From an uncultured Gemmatimonadales bacterium (GTDB lineage: Bacteria > Gemmatimonadota > Gemmatimonadetes > Gemmatimonadales > Gemmatimonadaceae), in NCBI GenBank assembly GCA_963701965.1, contig OY969695.1:2016001-2080000 (forward strand): a stretch of 64,000 bases of DNA, in the 5' to 3' direction. A program made the position numbers and the translations under genes. Below, in pieces: positions 19,354-30,444 of the stretch (position 1 is the first letter of the stretch; the number at the start of each line of letters is the position of its first letter). Below the pieces are notes generated by a model, which searched no databases, had not been told where the DNA came from, and saw only the letters and a list, made by a program, of their open reading frames with translations.

Positions 19354-20589
19354 ATGGGTCGGACGGGCGCCGCCACGCTTCCGCTGCACTACGGGCGGGT
19401 CCCGCCGTGGCTCGCGACGCGTATGGCGAGTCTCGGTCGGGTCATCACGGAAGCGGTGATCCTGCACTACGGTCGCGCGGAGTTTCTGCGACGGTTGGCG
19501 CATCCCGGGTGGTTCCAGGCGTTTGGCGCGGTCATGGGGATGGATTGGCACTCGTCGGGCATCACGACGTCCGTCCTCGGAGCGCTCAAGCGCGGGTTGG
19601 CCCCGGTCGAATGGGAGCTCGGGCTGCACGTCTGCGGCGGCCGGGGAAACGAATCCCGGAAGACGCCGTCCGAGCTCGCGGTGCTGGGCGACCGCCTGGG
19701 CCTCGACGCGGGGCCTCTGGTGCGGTCCAGCCGTCTCGTCGCCAAGGTCGACAGCGCGGCGGTGCAAGATGGGTTTGGGCTGTACCTGCACGGCTTCGTC
19801 GTCGCGGATGATGGCGCGTGGGCCGTCGTGCAGCAGGGCATGCATCCGCACCGGCGGGAAGCGCGGCGATATCACTGGCTAAGTGAACATTCGACGAGCT
19901 TCGTCGAGGCGCCGCATAGTGCCATCGACGGGCTTCCCGCGCGGGATCCCATCGTCAACCTGACGGATCGACGCGCGCGCGCTTCGCGCGACGCGCAAGT
20001 CGCTCTGGTGTGCGAGGGCCCGGATCCCGTCGTGCGCGAGATGGCGCGGCTGGAGCGATCTCACGTGTTGGTCTCGCCGGTTCGGCAATTGGAGTCGGCG
20101 CAGCAAGTCTTGGCGTTGCCATTTCATCACGATGTGCGCGCGGAGAACGTCGAGTTGCGCCGTTTGCGCGGCGCCTTAGCGGCCGCGCACGAGCGTGGGC
20201 CGGTGGATTTCGCGGACGTGCTGCTCACTCCTGGGGTGGGACCCAGAACCGTGTTTTCTCTGGCACTGGTGGCCGAGGTGCTGCATGGAGCGCCGGCGCG
20301 GTTCTCGGACCCGGCGCGCCATTCGCTGGCGCACGGTGGCAAGGACGGGCACCCGTTTCCCGTGCCGCGCCGGGTGTACGACGAGACGATCCGGGTGATG
20401 AAGGACGCCGTGGCCAAAGCGCGACTCGGACGGTCGGACCGGCTCTCGGCGATTCAGCGATTGGATGCCGAGGTGCGACGACTGGAGCGGGAGCCCGGTC
20501 CGGAGATCGACTTCGAGACTTTCGTCGCCGGCGAGTGGGATCGCGCGCCGGCCTACGGCGGGATGACGGTGGCGGGGCCGGTGGGCTAG
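19354..20589 (+). CDS. DUF763 domain protein
   Basis: LPLHYGRVPPWL, MGMDWHSSGITT, VAKVDSAAVQDG and AHGGKDGHPFPV. Confidence 0.93.
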   Translation: MGRTGAATLPLHYGRVPPWLATRMASLGRVITEAVILHYGRAEFLRRLAHPGWFQAFGAVMGMDWHSSGITTSVLGALKRGLAPVEWELGLHVCGGRGNESRKTPSELAVLGDRLGLDAGPLVRSSRLVAKVDSAAVQDGFGLYLHGFVVADDGAWAVVQQGMHPHRREARRYHWLSEHSTSFVEAPHSAIDGLPARDPIVNLTDRRARASRDAQVALVCEGPDPVVREMARLERSHVLVSPVRQLESAQQVLALPFHHDVRAENVELRRLRGALAAAHERGPVDFADVLLTPGVGPRTVFSLALVAEVLHGAPARFSDPARHSLAHGGKDGHPFPVPRRVYDETIRVMKDAVAKARLGRSDRLSAIQRLDAEVRRLEREPGPEIDFETFVAGEWDRAPAYGGMTVAGPVG

Positions 20590-21737
20590 CGCGCCGAGGA
20601 CGTGGCCTGGGCACCCGCGGGCTGCAGCACGACGCGGCCTACGCGGTTGTCCCAGGAGAAGGTCAGCGCGCCCCCGTTCACACTGATGGTGAACTGCTCC
20701 ACGGGATGCGCCGCGGTCGTCATCTGCATCGGGATGCGCGCCAGGTCGGCCGTCGAGTCGTACTCCGTGCCCCACTCTTTCGTCCGCTTGCTCACGACGA
20801 GCGTCCAATCGGTCGCCGTGGGCAGCGAGAACAACGTATAGGCGCCGGCGGGCACGCGGGTATTCCCGAGCATGACATTGCGATCGACAAAAAGACCGGT
20901 CGCGGCGTTGGCGCCGGTGCGCCAGATCGTGTTGTAGGGCACGACGCCGCCGAAGATCACGCGGCCGCGCCTGGATGGGCGACTATAGTCGACGACGACT
21001 TGCACGCCGCCGACTTTCGCTTTCACCATGCTGCGCGGAGAAAGCGTGGCCAGTCCTTTGCCCCGCGCTTCGCGCGCCAGAAATTCGTTCGCCCATTTGT
21101 CGAGATCGGGCGGCGGCACGCGCGTCACGATGGCCTGGAGCGTGCCGCCGGGCGTCGTGGCGCTGAGCAGCCGGCCTTGGGCGTCGATCGTCGCCCGGAT
21201 CGTCCCCACCGATGTCGAGAACAGCACCAGGTCGGGCGCCGTGCGCACGGCCGTGCCCGGGAACGTCAGGTCGAAGTAGAACGCGGCGACGGGAACGGGC
21301 TTCCCGTTGGCGGCGATCGCCCGTTGGATCGGGGCCTCGTACTCGCCGAACGTCGGTTCATACACCGGCACGCTGCCGGGGAGGTTGGGCATCGTGGAGT
21401 GATGCGTGGCGCCATCGCCCGTACGCGTCATCCGTACCGAGTCGCCGCGAAAGTCGGCATCGTAGCGCAACGCGCGCGGCGCGCCCGGCGCCGCGGACTT
21501 GTATTGCTGCACGCTGTAGGACTGCACGGCCCCGTCCGGCGTCGTCCGCACGACGTAGGAGTAGCGCGCGGTATTGGGCATCCGCGAGATGATCTCGCCC
21601 GCGATCGAGTCGCGCGTCCGGACAAAGCGCTCGACGCCGATCGTGTCGTTGCCGAGGCACGTCACGAACCCGCCTTGTTCCTGGGCGGCGACGGGCATGC
21701 TCCAGAGGACGAGCGCCGCCGTGGCGAGTATTTTCAT
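20586..21737 (-). CDS. Secreted DUF2911-domain protein with N-terminal extension
   Basis: Signal peptide; C-terminal LSPR..VDYSRPSRRGRVIFG..WRTGANAAT. Confidence 0.88.
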   Translation of the reverse strand: MKILATAALVLWSMPVAAQEQGGFVTCLGNDTIGVERFVRTRDSIAGEIISRMPNTARYSYVVRTTPDGAVQSYSVQQYKSAAPGAPRALRYDADFRGDSVRMTRTGDGATHHSTMPNLPGSVPVYEPTFGEYEAPIQRAIAANGKPVPVAAFYFDLTFPGTAVRTAPDLVLFSTSVGTIRATIDAQGRLLSATTPGGTLQAIVTRVPPPDLDKWANEFLAREARGKGLATLSPRSMVKAKVGGVQVVVDYSRPSRRGRVIFGGVVPYNTIWRTGANAATGLFVDRNVMLGNTRVPAGAYTLFSLPTATDWTLVVSKRTKEWGTEYDSTADLARIPMQMTTAAHPVEQFTISVNGGALTFSWDNRVGRVVLQPAGAQATSSAR

Positions 21738-21800
21738 GGCGTCCAATATCACCGCGGACCCATGGCAAGCAAGCACGTCCCCGCTCGTCGAGAGGTGACC

Positions 21801-22877
21801 ATGACGAAAAGCGCACCCGCTCAAGACCTGGTGCTGACGGACGCGACCGCCGCGTCGCTCGCGGATGTCGAGGCGCTGGCCCGCGGCGCGCTCTCACCCA
21901 TGGCGCTCGCCTACGTGACCAGCGGCGCCGGCGATGAACGCACCCTCGGCTGGAACGTCGAGGCGTTCGGCCGCATTCGTCTGCGCCCGCGCGTGCTCAC
22001 CGACGTGTCCCGTCTGGATACGTCGGCCGAGCTCTTGGGCCTTCGGCTGCCGATACCGCTGCTGCTGGCGCCGACGGCGTATCACCGGCTGGTGCATCCG
22101 GAGGGCGAGCTGGCCACCGCGCGCGGCGCCGCGGCCGCCGGGATTCCGTGGATCGTGAGTACGTGCACCACCACGACCTTGGGCGCCATTCAGGAGGCCG
22201 CGCCTACTGGCACGCGCTGGCTGCAACTCTACATCACGAGCGACCGCGACCGCGCGCGCGATCTCCTGCAAGAGGCGGAAGCGACCGGGATCGGCGCGGT
22301 GTGTCTCACGGTCGATACCCCGGTGCTCGGCACGCGCAACCAGGAACAGCGAGTCGGTTTTCGTCTGCCGGCCGACTGCGTGTCGCCCTACCTCAATCAC
22401 ATCGAAGCCACCTTCGTGTCGCTCACCTGGCGCGACGTCGATTGGCTGCGCGGCACGACGCGCATCCCCATCCTGCTCAAGGGCATCCTCGCCGCCGAGG
22501 ACGCGACGCGGGCCGCCGACGAGGGCGTGGCGGGCATCATCGTCTCCAACCACGGCGCCCGGAATCTCGATACCGTGCCCGCGACGATCGACGCGCTCCC
22601 CGAGATCGCGGATGCCGTGGCCGGCCGCTTGCCCATACTCCTCGACGGCGGCATCCGGCGCGGGACCGACATCGTGAAGGCGGTCGCGCTGGGCGCCACG
22701 GCCGTGCTCATCGGACGACCGTACTTGTATGGTCTCGCGGTCGCCGGCGCCGCCGGTGTCGAGCACGTGATCCGGACGCTGCGCGTCGAATTGGAGGCCG
22801 CGCTCAAGCTCATGGGCCGCCCGTCGATCGGCGCCATTGACCGGTCCGCGCTGTGGGACCACGCTTCGGGGCGGTGA
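21801..22877 (+). CDS. FMN-dependent alpha-hydroxy acid oxidase/dehydrogenase
   Basis: LRPRVL, WLQLY, LTVDTP, LKGI, VSNHGARNLD and DGGIRRGTD. Confidence 0.93.
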   Translation: MTKSAPAQDLVLTDATAASLADVEALARGALSPMALAYVTSGAGDERTLGWNVEAFGRIRLRPRVLTDVSRLDTSAELLGLRLPIPLLLAPTAYHRLVHPEGELATARGAAAAGIPWIVSTCTTTTLGAIQEAAPTGTRWLQLYITSDRDRARDLLQEAEATGIGAVCLTVDTPVLGTRNQEQRVGFRLPADCVSPYLNHIEATFVSLTWRDVDWLRGTTRIPILLKGILAAEDATRAADEGVAGIIVSNHGARNLDTVPATIDALPEIADAVAGRLPILLDGGIRRGTDIVKAVALGATAVLIGRPYLYGLAVAGAAGVEHVIRTLRVELEAALKLMGRPSIGAIDRSALWDHASGR

Positions 22878-22915
22878 TCGCTAAATTGCAGGACACTCCG
22901 GAGGAGAGCCGATTC

Positions 22916-24050
22916 GTGGCGACCACCTTTCTCAACACCGAGCTGCTGCCGGTGGCGGCCAGCCGGACGCTGCCCCGCCGCTACTTCACATCGCCGGCGA
23001 TCCTCGAAGAGGAGATGGAGAAGATCTTCGCCCGCCAGTGGTTGTGCGTCGGACGGGCCGATCGCATCGCCAACCCGGGCGACTATTTCCTCCAGTCCAT
23101 CGGGCGGGAGAGCATCATCGTCGTGCGGGACCGGCAGGGACGCATTCACGCCAACTACAATGTCTGCCGCCACCGCGGCACGCACATGATCGAGGCGTCC
23201 CAGGGCAAGCTCGGCGAGACGATCCAGTGTCCGTACCACGCCTGGACCTATGCGCTCGACGGGCGCTTGATGGGGTGTCCATTGGCGGATGCGATCGAGG
23301 GGTTCAACAAGGCGGACTATCCCCTGCACCGCGTCGCCACGCACGTGTGGGAGGGCTTTCTCTTCATCAACCTGTCCGAGGACGCGGAGCCGTTCGAGCG
23401 GGTCTACGCTCCGTTGCTGGGGCGCTTCAGCCACTTCAACCTGCCCAATCTCAAGGTGGGCGGGCAGATCGACTACGAAGTCAACGCCAACTGGAAGCTC
23501 ATCGTCGAGAATTACCAGGAGTGCTATCACTGCGCGCCCATCCACCCGGCGCTCACGAAGCTGAGCCCTCCGACGAGCGGCGAGATCAACTTGTACGAGG
23601 GCCCGTTCATCGGTGGCTATATGGTCCTCGCTGAAGGAAACGAGACCATGTCGATGACGGGGCGCGCCTGCGGCGCGCCTGTCGCCGACGATCTCCCGGC
23701 CGAGGAGTATCCCCGCATCTATTACTACTCGTTGATGCCGAACGTGCTTCTGAGCTTGCATCACGACTATGTCATGCTGCATACGCTGTGGCCGCAGTCG
23801 ACCGGGCGCACGTTGATCCACTGCTATTGGTTGTTCAACGAGAAGTCGCTGAACAACCCGGCGTTCGACCCCCAGGATGGGATCCGGTTCTGGGACATGA
23901 CGAACCGCGAGGACTGGCACATTCTGCGAGCAGAGCCAACTCGGCGTCGTCAGCCGGGTATACCAGCCCGGCCCCTACTCCCGCCGCGAGAACTGCTCAG
24001 CCGCCTTCGACGCCGAGGTGCTGCGCTGTCTCGGGCATAACCGAGAGTAG
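22916..24050 (+). CDS. Rieske oxygenase alpha subunit (GbcA/choline monooxygenase-like); +1 frameshift near 23922
   Basis: NVCRHRG, CPYHAW and NWKLIVENYQECYHC. The C-terminus CEQSQLGV..YQPGPYS continues in the +1 frame to TAG at 24050. Confidence 0.88.
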
Positions 24051-25616
24051 TTCCAGAGCGGCGTTGCGGCCGTTGATGCCCATGACACTGCCGCCTGGAT
24101 AAGTCCCCGCGCCACACAGGAACACGCCAGGCATTGGCGTGCGCGCGGTCAAGCGGCGATCCCACATATAGTCGGGGAGAATCTCGCCCTGGAAGATGTG
24201 ACCGCCCGTGAGTCCCACGCGCTGCTCGATATCCTTGGGGCCGAGGACCTCGAGATCGATGATCGCATCGGGGAAGTTCGATACGTAGCGACCGATCGAT
24301 TTGACGACAAGGGCCCCCACTTCGTGGCGCCGGGTGTCCCAGTTGCCCTCGGCGAACTCGTGGGGCACGAATTGGGAAAAGACGCTGAGTGTCTCCACAT
24401 CGGTCGGCGCGACGCTGTGATCGTAGACCGTGTGGAGATAGAGCTCCGTCCAGACTTTGTCCGGTAGGATACCGGCGTTGGCCTTGCCGTGGGAGTCGAT
24501 CCACTCGGCCTTCGTGAGCGGCGTGTTGATCTGCCCGGTGTGGTGCGGTTCGCGCGTGCCCGGCCGCGCCCGAAAGTTCGGCAACGCGGTCAGCGTCATG
24601 TTGACCTTGACCGTCACGCCCTTGATCGGCACGCGCTCGACTTGTGCCTTCCACGCCGGGTCGGCATCGGCGCCGAGCAGCCGCAGGGTCACCCTCGGAT
24701 CGGCGTTGGAGACGACGAACGGGGCGCTGATCTTTTCGCCGGATGCGAGCTCGACGCCTTCGCCCGGAACGATGCGGGCCACTGGCGTCCCGGTGGCGAC
24801 GACGGCGCCGCTCTCCCGCGCGACGTCGCAGAGGAGAAACGACACCATCCCCATGCCACCGGTGACATAACCCCACGTCCCCGGTTGGCCGAACATCGTG
24901 CCCGACGCGTGGTGATAGTAGACGGACGCGGTGCCGGGATCGGCGGGACTGGCGTTCGTGCCGATGACCCCTTGGCCCAGGTACGCCATCTGCAGGCGTT
25001 CGTCGGAGATGTAGCGCTCGACGTACTCGCACATTGACCACTCGAAGAGGAGCTTGCGCGCCTCTTCGTCGCGGCCGAGTCGGGCGTCGATGGCGTCGCG
25101 GGTGGGGGCGGCGCCGATCCAGAGATCGCGGTCGTCTGGCGGGCGCAGTGCGTCGCGCAGCCGCCGTTTGACTTGGACCATGGCCTTCCATCCTTCGAAA
25201 TCGCGCGGGGCGAAGCGCCGGACCTCGGCGTCGCACTGCGCGTCATCGTGCCACAGCTGGATGCTGGAGCCGTCGTCGAACGGGACGAACATCCCGCCCA
25301 ACGCCGGCTGCCAGGTGAAGCCGCGTTCGACGAGCGCCAGCTCGTCGATCACGGTCTGATGGAGGAGCCCACAGACGTAGGCGCAGGGCGAGAACCGGAC
25401 GCCGGGAAACGGCTCGTCCATGGTGGCGGCGCCGCCAACGCGCTCGCGCGCCTCGAGCACCAGCACTTTCCGGCCGGCGCGCGCCAGATATGCGGCGCAC
25501 GCCAGGCCGTTGTGTCCTGCCCCAACAACAATCACATCCCACCGCCGCCGGGCCAGGGTCGCAACGGGCTCGACGAGCCCGATGCGTCCCAGCTTCGCGG
25601 CGGTCGCCGACGTCAC
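23997..25616 (-). CDS. Phytoene dehydrogenase-like NAD(P)/FAD oxidoreductase
   Basis: VGAGHNGL, LEARERVGGA, GGMGMVS, GLTGGHIFQGE and CGAGTYPGGSV. The GTG start overlaps the SusD stop. Confidence 0.9.
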   Translation of the reverse strand: MTSATAAKLGRIGLVEPVATLARRRWDVIVVGAGHNGLACAAYLARAGRKVLVLEARERVGGAATMDEPFPGVRFSPCAYVCGLLHQTVIDELALVERGFTWQPALGGMFVPFDDGSSIQLWHDDAQCDAEVRRFAPRDFEGWKAMVQVKRRLRDALRPPDDRDLWIGAAPTRDAIDARLGRDEEARKLLFEWSMCEYVERYISDERLQMAYLGQGVIGTNASPADPGTASVYYHHASGTMFGQPGTWGYVTGGMGMVSFLLCDVARESGAVVATGTPVARIVPGEGVELASGEKISAPFVVSNADPRVTLRLLGADADPAWKAQVERVPIKGVTVKVNMTLTALPNFRARPGTREPHHTGQINTPLTKAEWIDSHGKANAGILPDKVWTELYLHTVYDHSVAPTDVETLSVFSQFVPHEFAEGNWDTRRHEVGALVVKSIGRYVSNFPDAIIDLEVLGPKDIEQRVGLTGGHIFQGEILPDYMWDRRLTARTPMPGVFLCGAGTYPGGSVMGINGRNAALELLSVMPETAQHLGVEGG

Positions 25617-27054
25617 TGCCCCGTGATCGGCGGCGTGCAGCTCGTGCCCAGATTGCGGGCCTGACATTCGGAGCTTGGCACTGGCATGATCGACGCGATG
25701 TGCCCTCCCGGCACGTCGACCGGAATCGCCGCCAGCCGGCCGTAGCGCCGGGCATCACCCCACCGTGTCCCCTGCTCCCACATCAGCGAATACCGCCGCT
25801 CATACAGCAATTCCGTGAGCAACGAGTCCGCCGAGAGGCCTGGCGCGAGGGGGGCGAGGTGGCCGGATCCAACGCGGGTGATGTTGATGTCCGCGGTCGC
25901 CGCCGCCAGCTGAGTGGAGCCGAGCTCGGCTTCGGCGCGCAGCAACACCAACTCCTCGTTCCGAATGATCGGCACTGGTTGAGCCGGGTTGGGCGTGGTG
26001 CCACCCGTCAAGTAGATCTTGAACTTGAGATTGCCGATGATCGGGAATGTGCCGATCGATTGCCCAACGTCGGTGACGGCGATCTTCGCGGCGACGCGCG
26101 CGTCGCGCACGGTGCCGCTCGGTTGCAACTCGGCGTCACTCGTGTCCTCCGGCAGCGCGAAGTACAGAATGCCGTTCAACGGATCCGAGAGACCGTTCTG
26201 CGTGTCGCCAGGATTCGCCGAGAAATCGAAGAACACGCCGCTTTGGAATGCGCCCGGCGACGCCGAGGCGAACCCCGAGCTGAACAGCGAGTCCAGCAGC
26301 CCGAGCGCGGCCGTGTAACAGGCCCCCGTGTTGCCTTTGCACTTGCTGCCGTCCGTCGCGCGGAAGACCCAGGCCTTCGCCGCCAACGCCTGCGTGAACT
26401 GCGCAAACGTCGCTGGTGTGTTCGCCGCGGAATAGCCCGGCGGGATCGGGAATGGGAACCCGGCGGCATTCCCCTTCAACTTAGTCCGTGCATTGGCCAA
26501 GAGACCGATGATCGCGCGATAGATGCTGTCCTCACTGACGAACGGCGCCGGCTGACCCGCCGGATCGATGTCCGTGCCGTACGGCGCGCCGAGCTGCCCG
26601 CGCGTTTGCACGACGTAGAAGAACGCCAATGCCTTCATCGTCTCGCCGAACGCGATCGACGTACTCTTCTATCGGCGCTCAGGTCCGGAGCGTTCGGTAC
26701 GGCATCCAGGTAGAGGTTGGCGTTCCGAATCTGCACGAACGGCGATGTCCAGTTGGAGCCACCGAACCCGGAGGGCGAGAGCGGTCCGAAGTACGGCTCG
26801 GTGTAGTCCGGCTGGTTATTGCCCGACAGGTTGATGCCTTCGCGACCCATGGAGCCAAGGCGCCACACGTAGGACTCGATGTCGTTTCGCGACTGGTCGA
26901 AGATGCCTGTCGCAGCCACCGACAAGTTGGCCCGGTTGGGATTGGAGTAGACGGAGGCCGTCGTCGGCGCGTTGGGATCCGTGACGTTGAAGTCGTAGCA
27001 CGCGGCGCTGGCGAGGATCGCGGCGCCTAAGCTCAGAATCGAAAGAGTTTTCAT
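25613..27054 (-). CDS. RagB/SusD family lipoprotein; frameshift near 26660
   Basis: Lipobox SAAC; IIRNEELVLLRAEA, LLYERRYSLMWEQGTRWGDARRYG and PVPSSEC. Confidence 0.85.
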
Positions 27055-27056
27055 GG

Positions 27057-30051
27057 TTAGAACCCCGCCGAGACGGTGAAGTAGAACGTCCGCGACGGCG
27101 GATACGGCGCGAGGTCGACGCCGCGAGTGATCGCCTGCTGGCCGAAGTTCGAGACCTCGGGATCGTAGCCCCAGTAGTTCGTGATGACGATGAGGTTGCG
27201 GCCCGAGACGCTGAGCTGGACGCCGTGGGAGCCGAACAGGTAGCGGCTGTACTGCAGCGGGAAGATCATACGCCAGCTTGACCTCGCGCAGCTTGAGGAA
27301 CGTGGTGCTCTGCACGAATGGCGTGGCAATGCCCGTGTTGCAGTCGTTGAGCAGCTCGGTGCCGAAGGCGCCGTGGTCCACGAGACCGTTGCAGCCGTAG
27401 AGCGAGAGCGTCTGGTTCTGCGCGACGCCGCCTTTCTGCCAGTCCAACAAGCCGGTCAGCGTGAAGCGCGAGTACGTGAACGTGCTGCCGAAGGACCAGT
27501 CGAAGTCCGGGTTCGACCTGCCCCAAGCGGCGTCACGGCGAAACGAGCCGTCGGGCAAGATCGCCGTCTGGCCGATGATCTGCGAGATCGGCGCGGCCTG
27601 GCTGGACGAGGAACTCGCCGAAGCCCAGGCCGAATCCGGCGGTGCCCGGCCGGAAGCTCGGCACACCGGCCGGCAGCATGAGCACTTCGTTGTGCAACGT
27701 ATTGAACGATGTGTTGAACGTCCACGTGAAGTTCCGCGTCTGGATCGGGATCAACGTGGCGCCGATCTCCAGCCCTTCGTTCTGGAACGTGCCGCCATTG
27801 GCGATGATCTCGTTGTAGCCGCTCGACGGGGCGGGCGTCCGCGGGAGGAACAGATCGTAGGTGCGACGGTGGAAGTACGTCAACTCGAGGTCGACGCGAT
27901 GACTGACCAACCGGTCGATGTCGAACGCCGCCCTCGAACTCGCGCGTGCGCTCTGGCCGGAGGTCGGGCGCGCTGCGATCGCGGCAGTCGCGTCAGACCA
28001 ACGCCACCGACGCCGCCAATGGCGACGTTGTCGGCCAGCACGCTGAACTTCTGGCCGAAGATCGGCTGATTGCCCGTCTCGCCGTAGTCGGCGCGCAGCT
28101 TGAGTTCCGTGCCCGCGGCCAAACAGCTCCTTGAACCGGTACGCGGCGGCGACTTTCGGATAGAGATAGTACGCGCTGCCAAGGCTGTTGGCCGAGCTCC
28201 GCTCGGCGCGAATACCGGCTTCGATGTTCAGCCGCTCGTCGAACAGGTTCAGATCTTCCTGTCCGTAGAACGACAGCGTCCGCTCGACGGAGTTGAACTC
28301 GAACGGCGACGACGACCGAGCCCGCGTCGATGTTGGTCTGCGTGCCGACCAGATTCGACGTGAAGGTCCGGTGCTGATCGCAGCTGCCGGTCCTCGTACG
28401 TCATGCCCGAACGACGTCGTCGCCTTGAACAGGGTCGTCGACGGCGTGAAGGTGTGGATCGCGTTCAAGTTCCAGTTGTACTGCCGGCTCTCCGCCTGGC
28501 CCGGACCGACACGCCCGGCGTGGCCTGGTTGGCTTGCATGAAGACGTCGGCGGGCAGGACGACGTTGGTGCCCGTGGTTGAAGAAGTCCATCCCGCCGGC
28601 GGCGACGAGCTGCAACGAGTGGTGCTCGCTGTTGAGCGGCACCTGAATACGACGCGTGCGGCTGCTCGCCGACGAACCGGTTCGTCAGCGCGCTGTTGAT
28701 GCCGAGTGTCCTGGGTCTGCAGCGGGTTCGCGCCCTGATACGTGAACTGGTCGGCTGCGGATACGACCCGTTCGACAGCTGCGTCAACGGCTCGAAGCTC
28801 GGGATGTACGCAATGGCGTACGGCAGACTGGCGCCGTTGTTGTCGTTGTTGTTGAAGCCGCGGTCCTCGCGCGTGTGCGTGTAGACCATGCTCAACGATC
28901 CCTCGAAGCCCTTCGCCAGGTGCTGATTGAGGTTGAGGCGCAGCGACTGGCGATCGGCGGCCGTGTTCCGCTCGATGCCCCCGTTCTGCGTCAGGCCGCC
29001 GGAGAGGAAGTACTGGGTGTTGTCGTTGCCGCCCGAGAGGTCGAGCATCGTCTCGCTCTGGAGCGGCTTCTGGCCCGCGATATCCTGCAGTGATCGTAGA
29101 TCGGCAGCGCCCCGTTCACCAGGTACGGGGCGATCGTCGTGGGGGTGAGGCCGAATGCGGCGTCGGCTTGCGGGACCGTCCACGACTCGGACTCGGGACC
29201 ACGCAGGAGCTCCGAGAAGCCCGTCCGCTGGGTCACGTTGATCCGGAGCTTGCCGGCCTTGCCGCGCTTGGTCGTGATGACCACCACGCCGTTCGCTGCC
29301 TTCGACCCATAGATCGACGACGCCGCCGCGCTCTTCAGGACCTCGATCGACTCGATGTCGGCCGGGTTGAGGTCCGCCAAGCGGTTGGCGGCATCGTCTT
29401 CCTGGACCGCCGGTGGTCGGGTTCCCGCTCGACCCCGTGGCGTTGAACAACCCGGTCGGCGATCGTCTCGTTGCTGTAGATCACGCCGTCCACGACGAAC
29501 AGCGGATCCGAGTTGCCGATCGCGGTGCTGATTCCGCGAATCTGCACCTGCACGCCGCCGCCCGGTGCGCCCGAGTTCGTGCGGATGTCCGCGCCCGGCA
29601 CCTTGCCTTGAAGCGCGAGGTCGATCGTCTGGGCCGGCGCGTTCGTCAGCTCCGACGCCGAGACGACGTCGGTCGGCGTCGTGGCGTTGGCCTTCGTGGT
29701 TGTCGTCGCCTGACCGGTCACGACCACCTGCGACAGCTTCGTGGCCTCTTCGGTCAGCAGCACCTCGATGGTGCTGTCGGCAGCCCCGACGACGACCGTC
29801 TTCGGCTGATAGCCGATGGCGCGAATGAGAAGGGTTTGTTGGCCCGCGGGTGCGGTCAGACGGAACTTGCCACCGTTGTCCGCGCTCGCCCGCCCCGTGC
29901 CGCCCTGCACCAGAATCTGGGCCGCGGAGACCGGCTGCCGGTCGCTTTCGCGAACGACCGAGCCATTGATGTGCCGCTCCTGACCCTGCGCAATCAGAGG
30001 CGGCGTAAACGCGGTGAGCGCGAGTGCGATCCATACTATTGGACGCGCCAT
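27057..30051 (-). pseudogene. SusC/RagA TonB-dependent receptor broken by many frameshifts (pseudogene or sequencing errors)
   Basis: Successive frames give [62 protein letters not shown] and YPPSRTFYFTVSAGF. Confidence 0.85.
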
Positions 30052-30197
30052 GAAGTCTCCCTGGGGGATGAGGGTGAAGAACGCGCTACATGCGCGTCTG
30101 CACTGCGTAAATCAATAGGCGGTTAAAATGGCCGCCCCGATACCGATAGGGCCACCGTCAGGCGTTCCCGCCCGGAAGTCAAGAAATCGTTCGAGAC

Positions 30198-30218
30198 TTG
30201 ACATACCCCCTGGGGGTA
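30198..30218 (+). promoter_or_regulatory. -35 box plus CsoR operator of the cop operon
   Basis: TTGACA (30198-30203) immediately followed by the perfect palindrome TACCCCC-T-GGGGGTA. Confidence 0.8.
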
Positions 30219-30234
30219 CGCGCACCTTTCCAGG

Positions 30235-30444
30235 GTGCAGCAGATCACTCTGACTATTGCCGGGATGAGCTGCGACCACTGCGTCGCCGCCGTCCGACGG
30301 TCCCTGGATGCCCTGCCGGGCGTACGCGTCGACACGGTCGGTGTCGGCGCCGCCTCGGTGACGTATGACCCCGCGCGCACCAACGTCGATCAGATGGCCC
30401 TCGCCATCGCCGACGAGGGGTATGAGGTGACGGACCGGCGATGA
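30235..30444 (+). CDS. copZ: Copper chaperone (HMA domain)
   Basis: GMSCDHC motif, 69 aa. Confidence 0.88.
   Translation: MQQITLTIAGMSCDHCVAAVRRSLDALPGVRVDTVGVGAASVTYDPARTNVDQMALAIADEGYEVTDRR

Noticed and set aside
20010..21800. Apparent 600-aa N-terminal extension on the alpha-hydroxy acid oxidase
   Set aside because: It overlaps DUF763 and antisense DUF2911. The real start is about 21801, after a GAGG RBS.
23997..25616. Carotenoid biosynthesis (crtI) assignment
   Set aside because: No crtB or crtE nearby; the motifs fit the broader phytoene-dehydrogenase-like oxidoreductase family.
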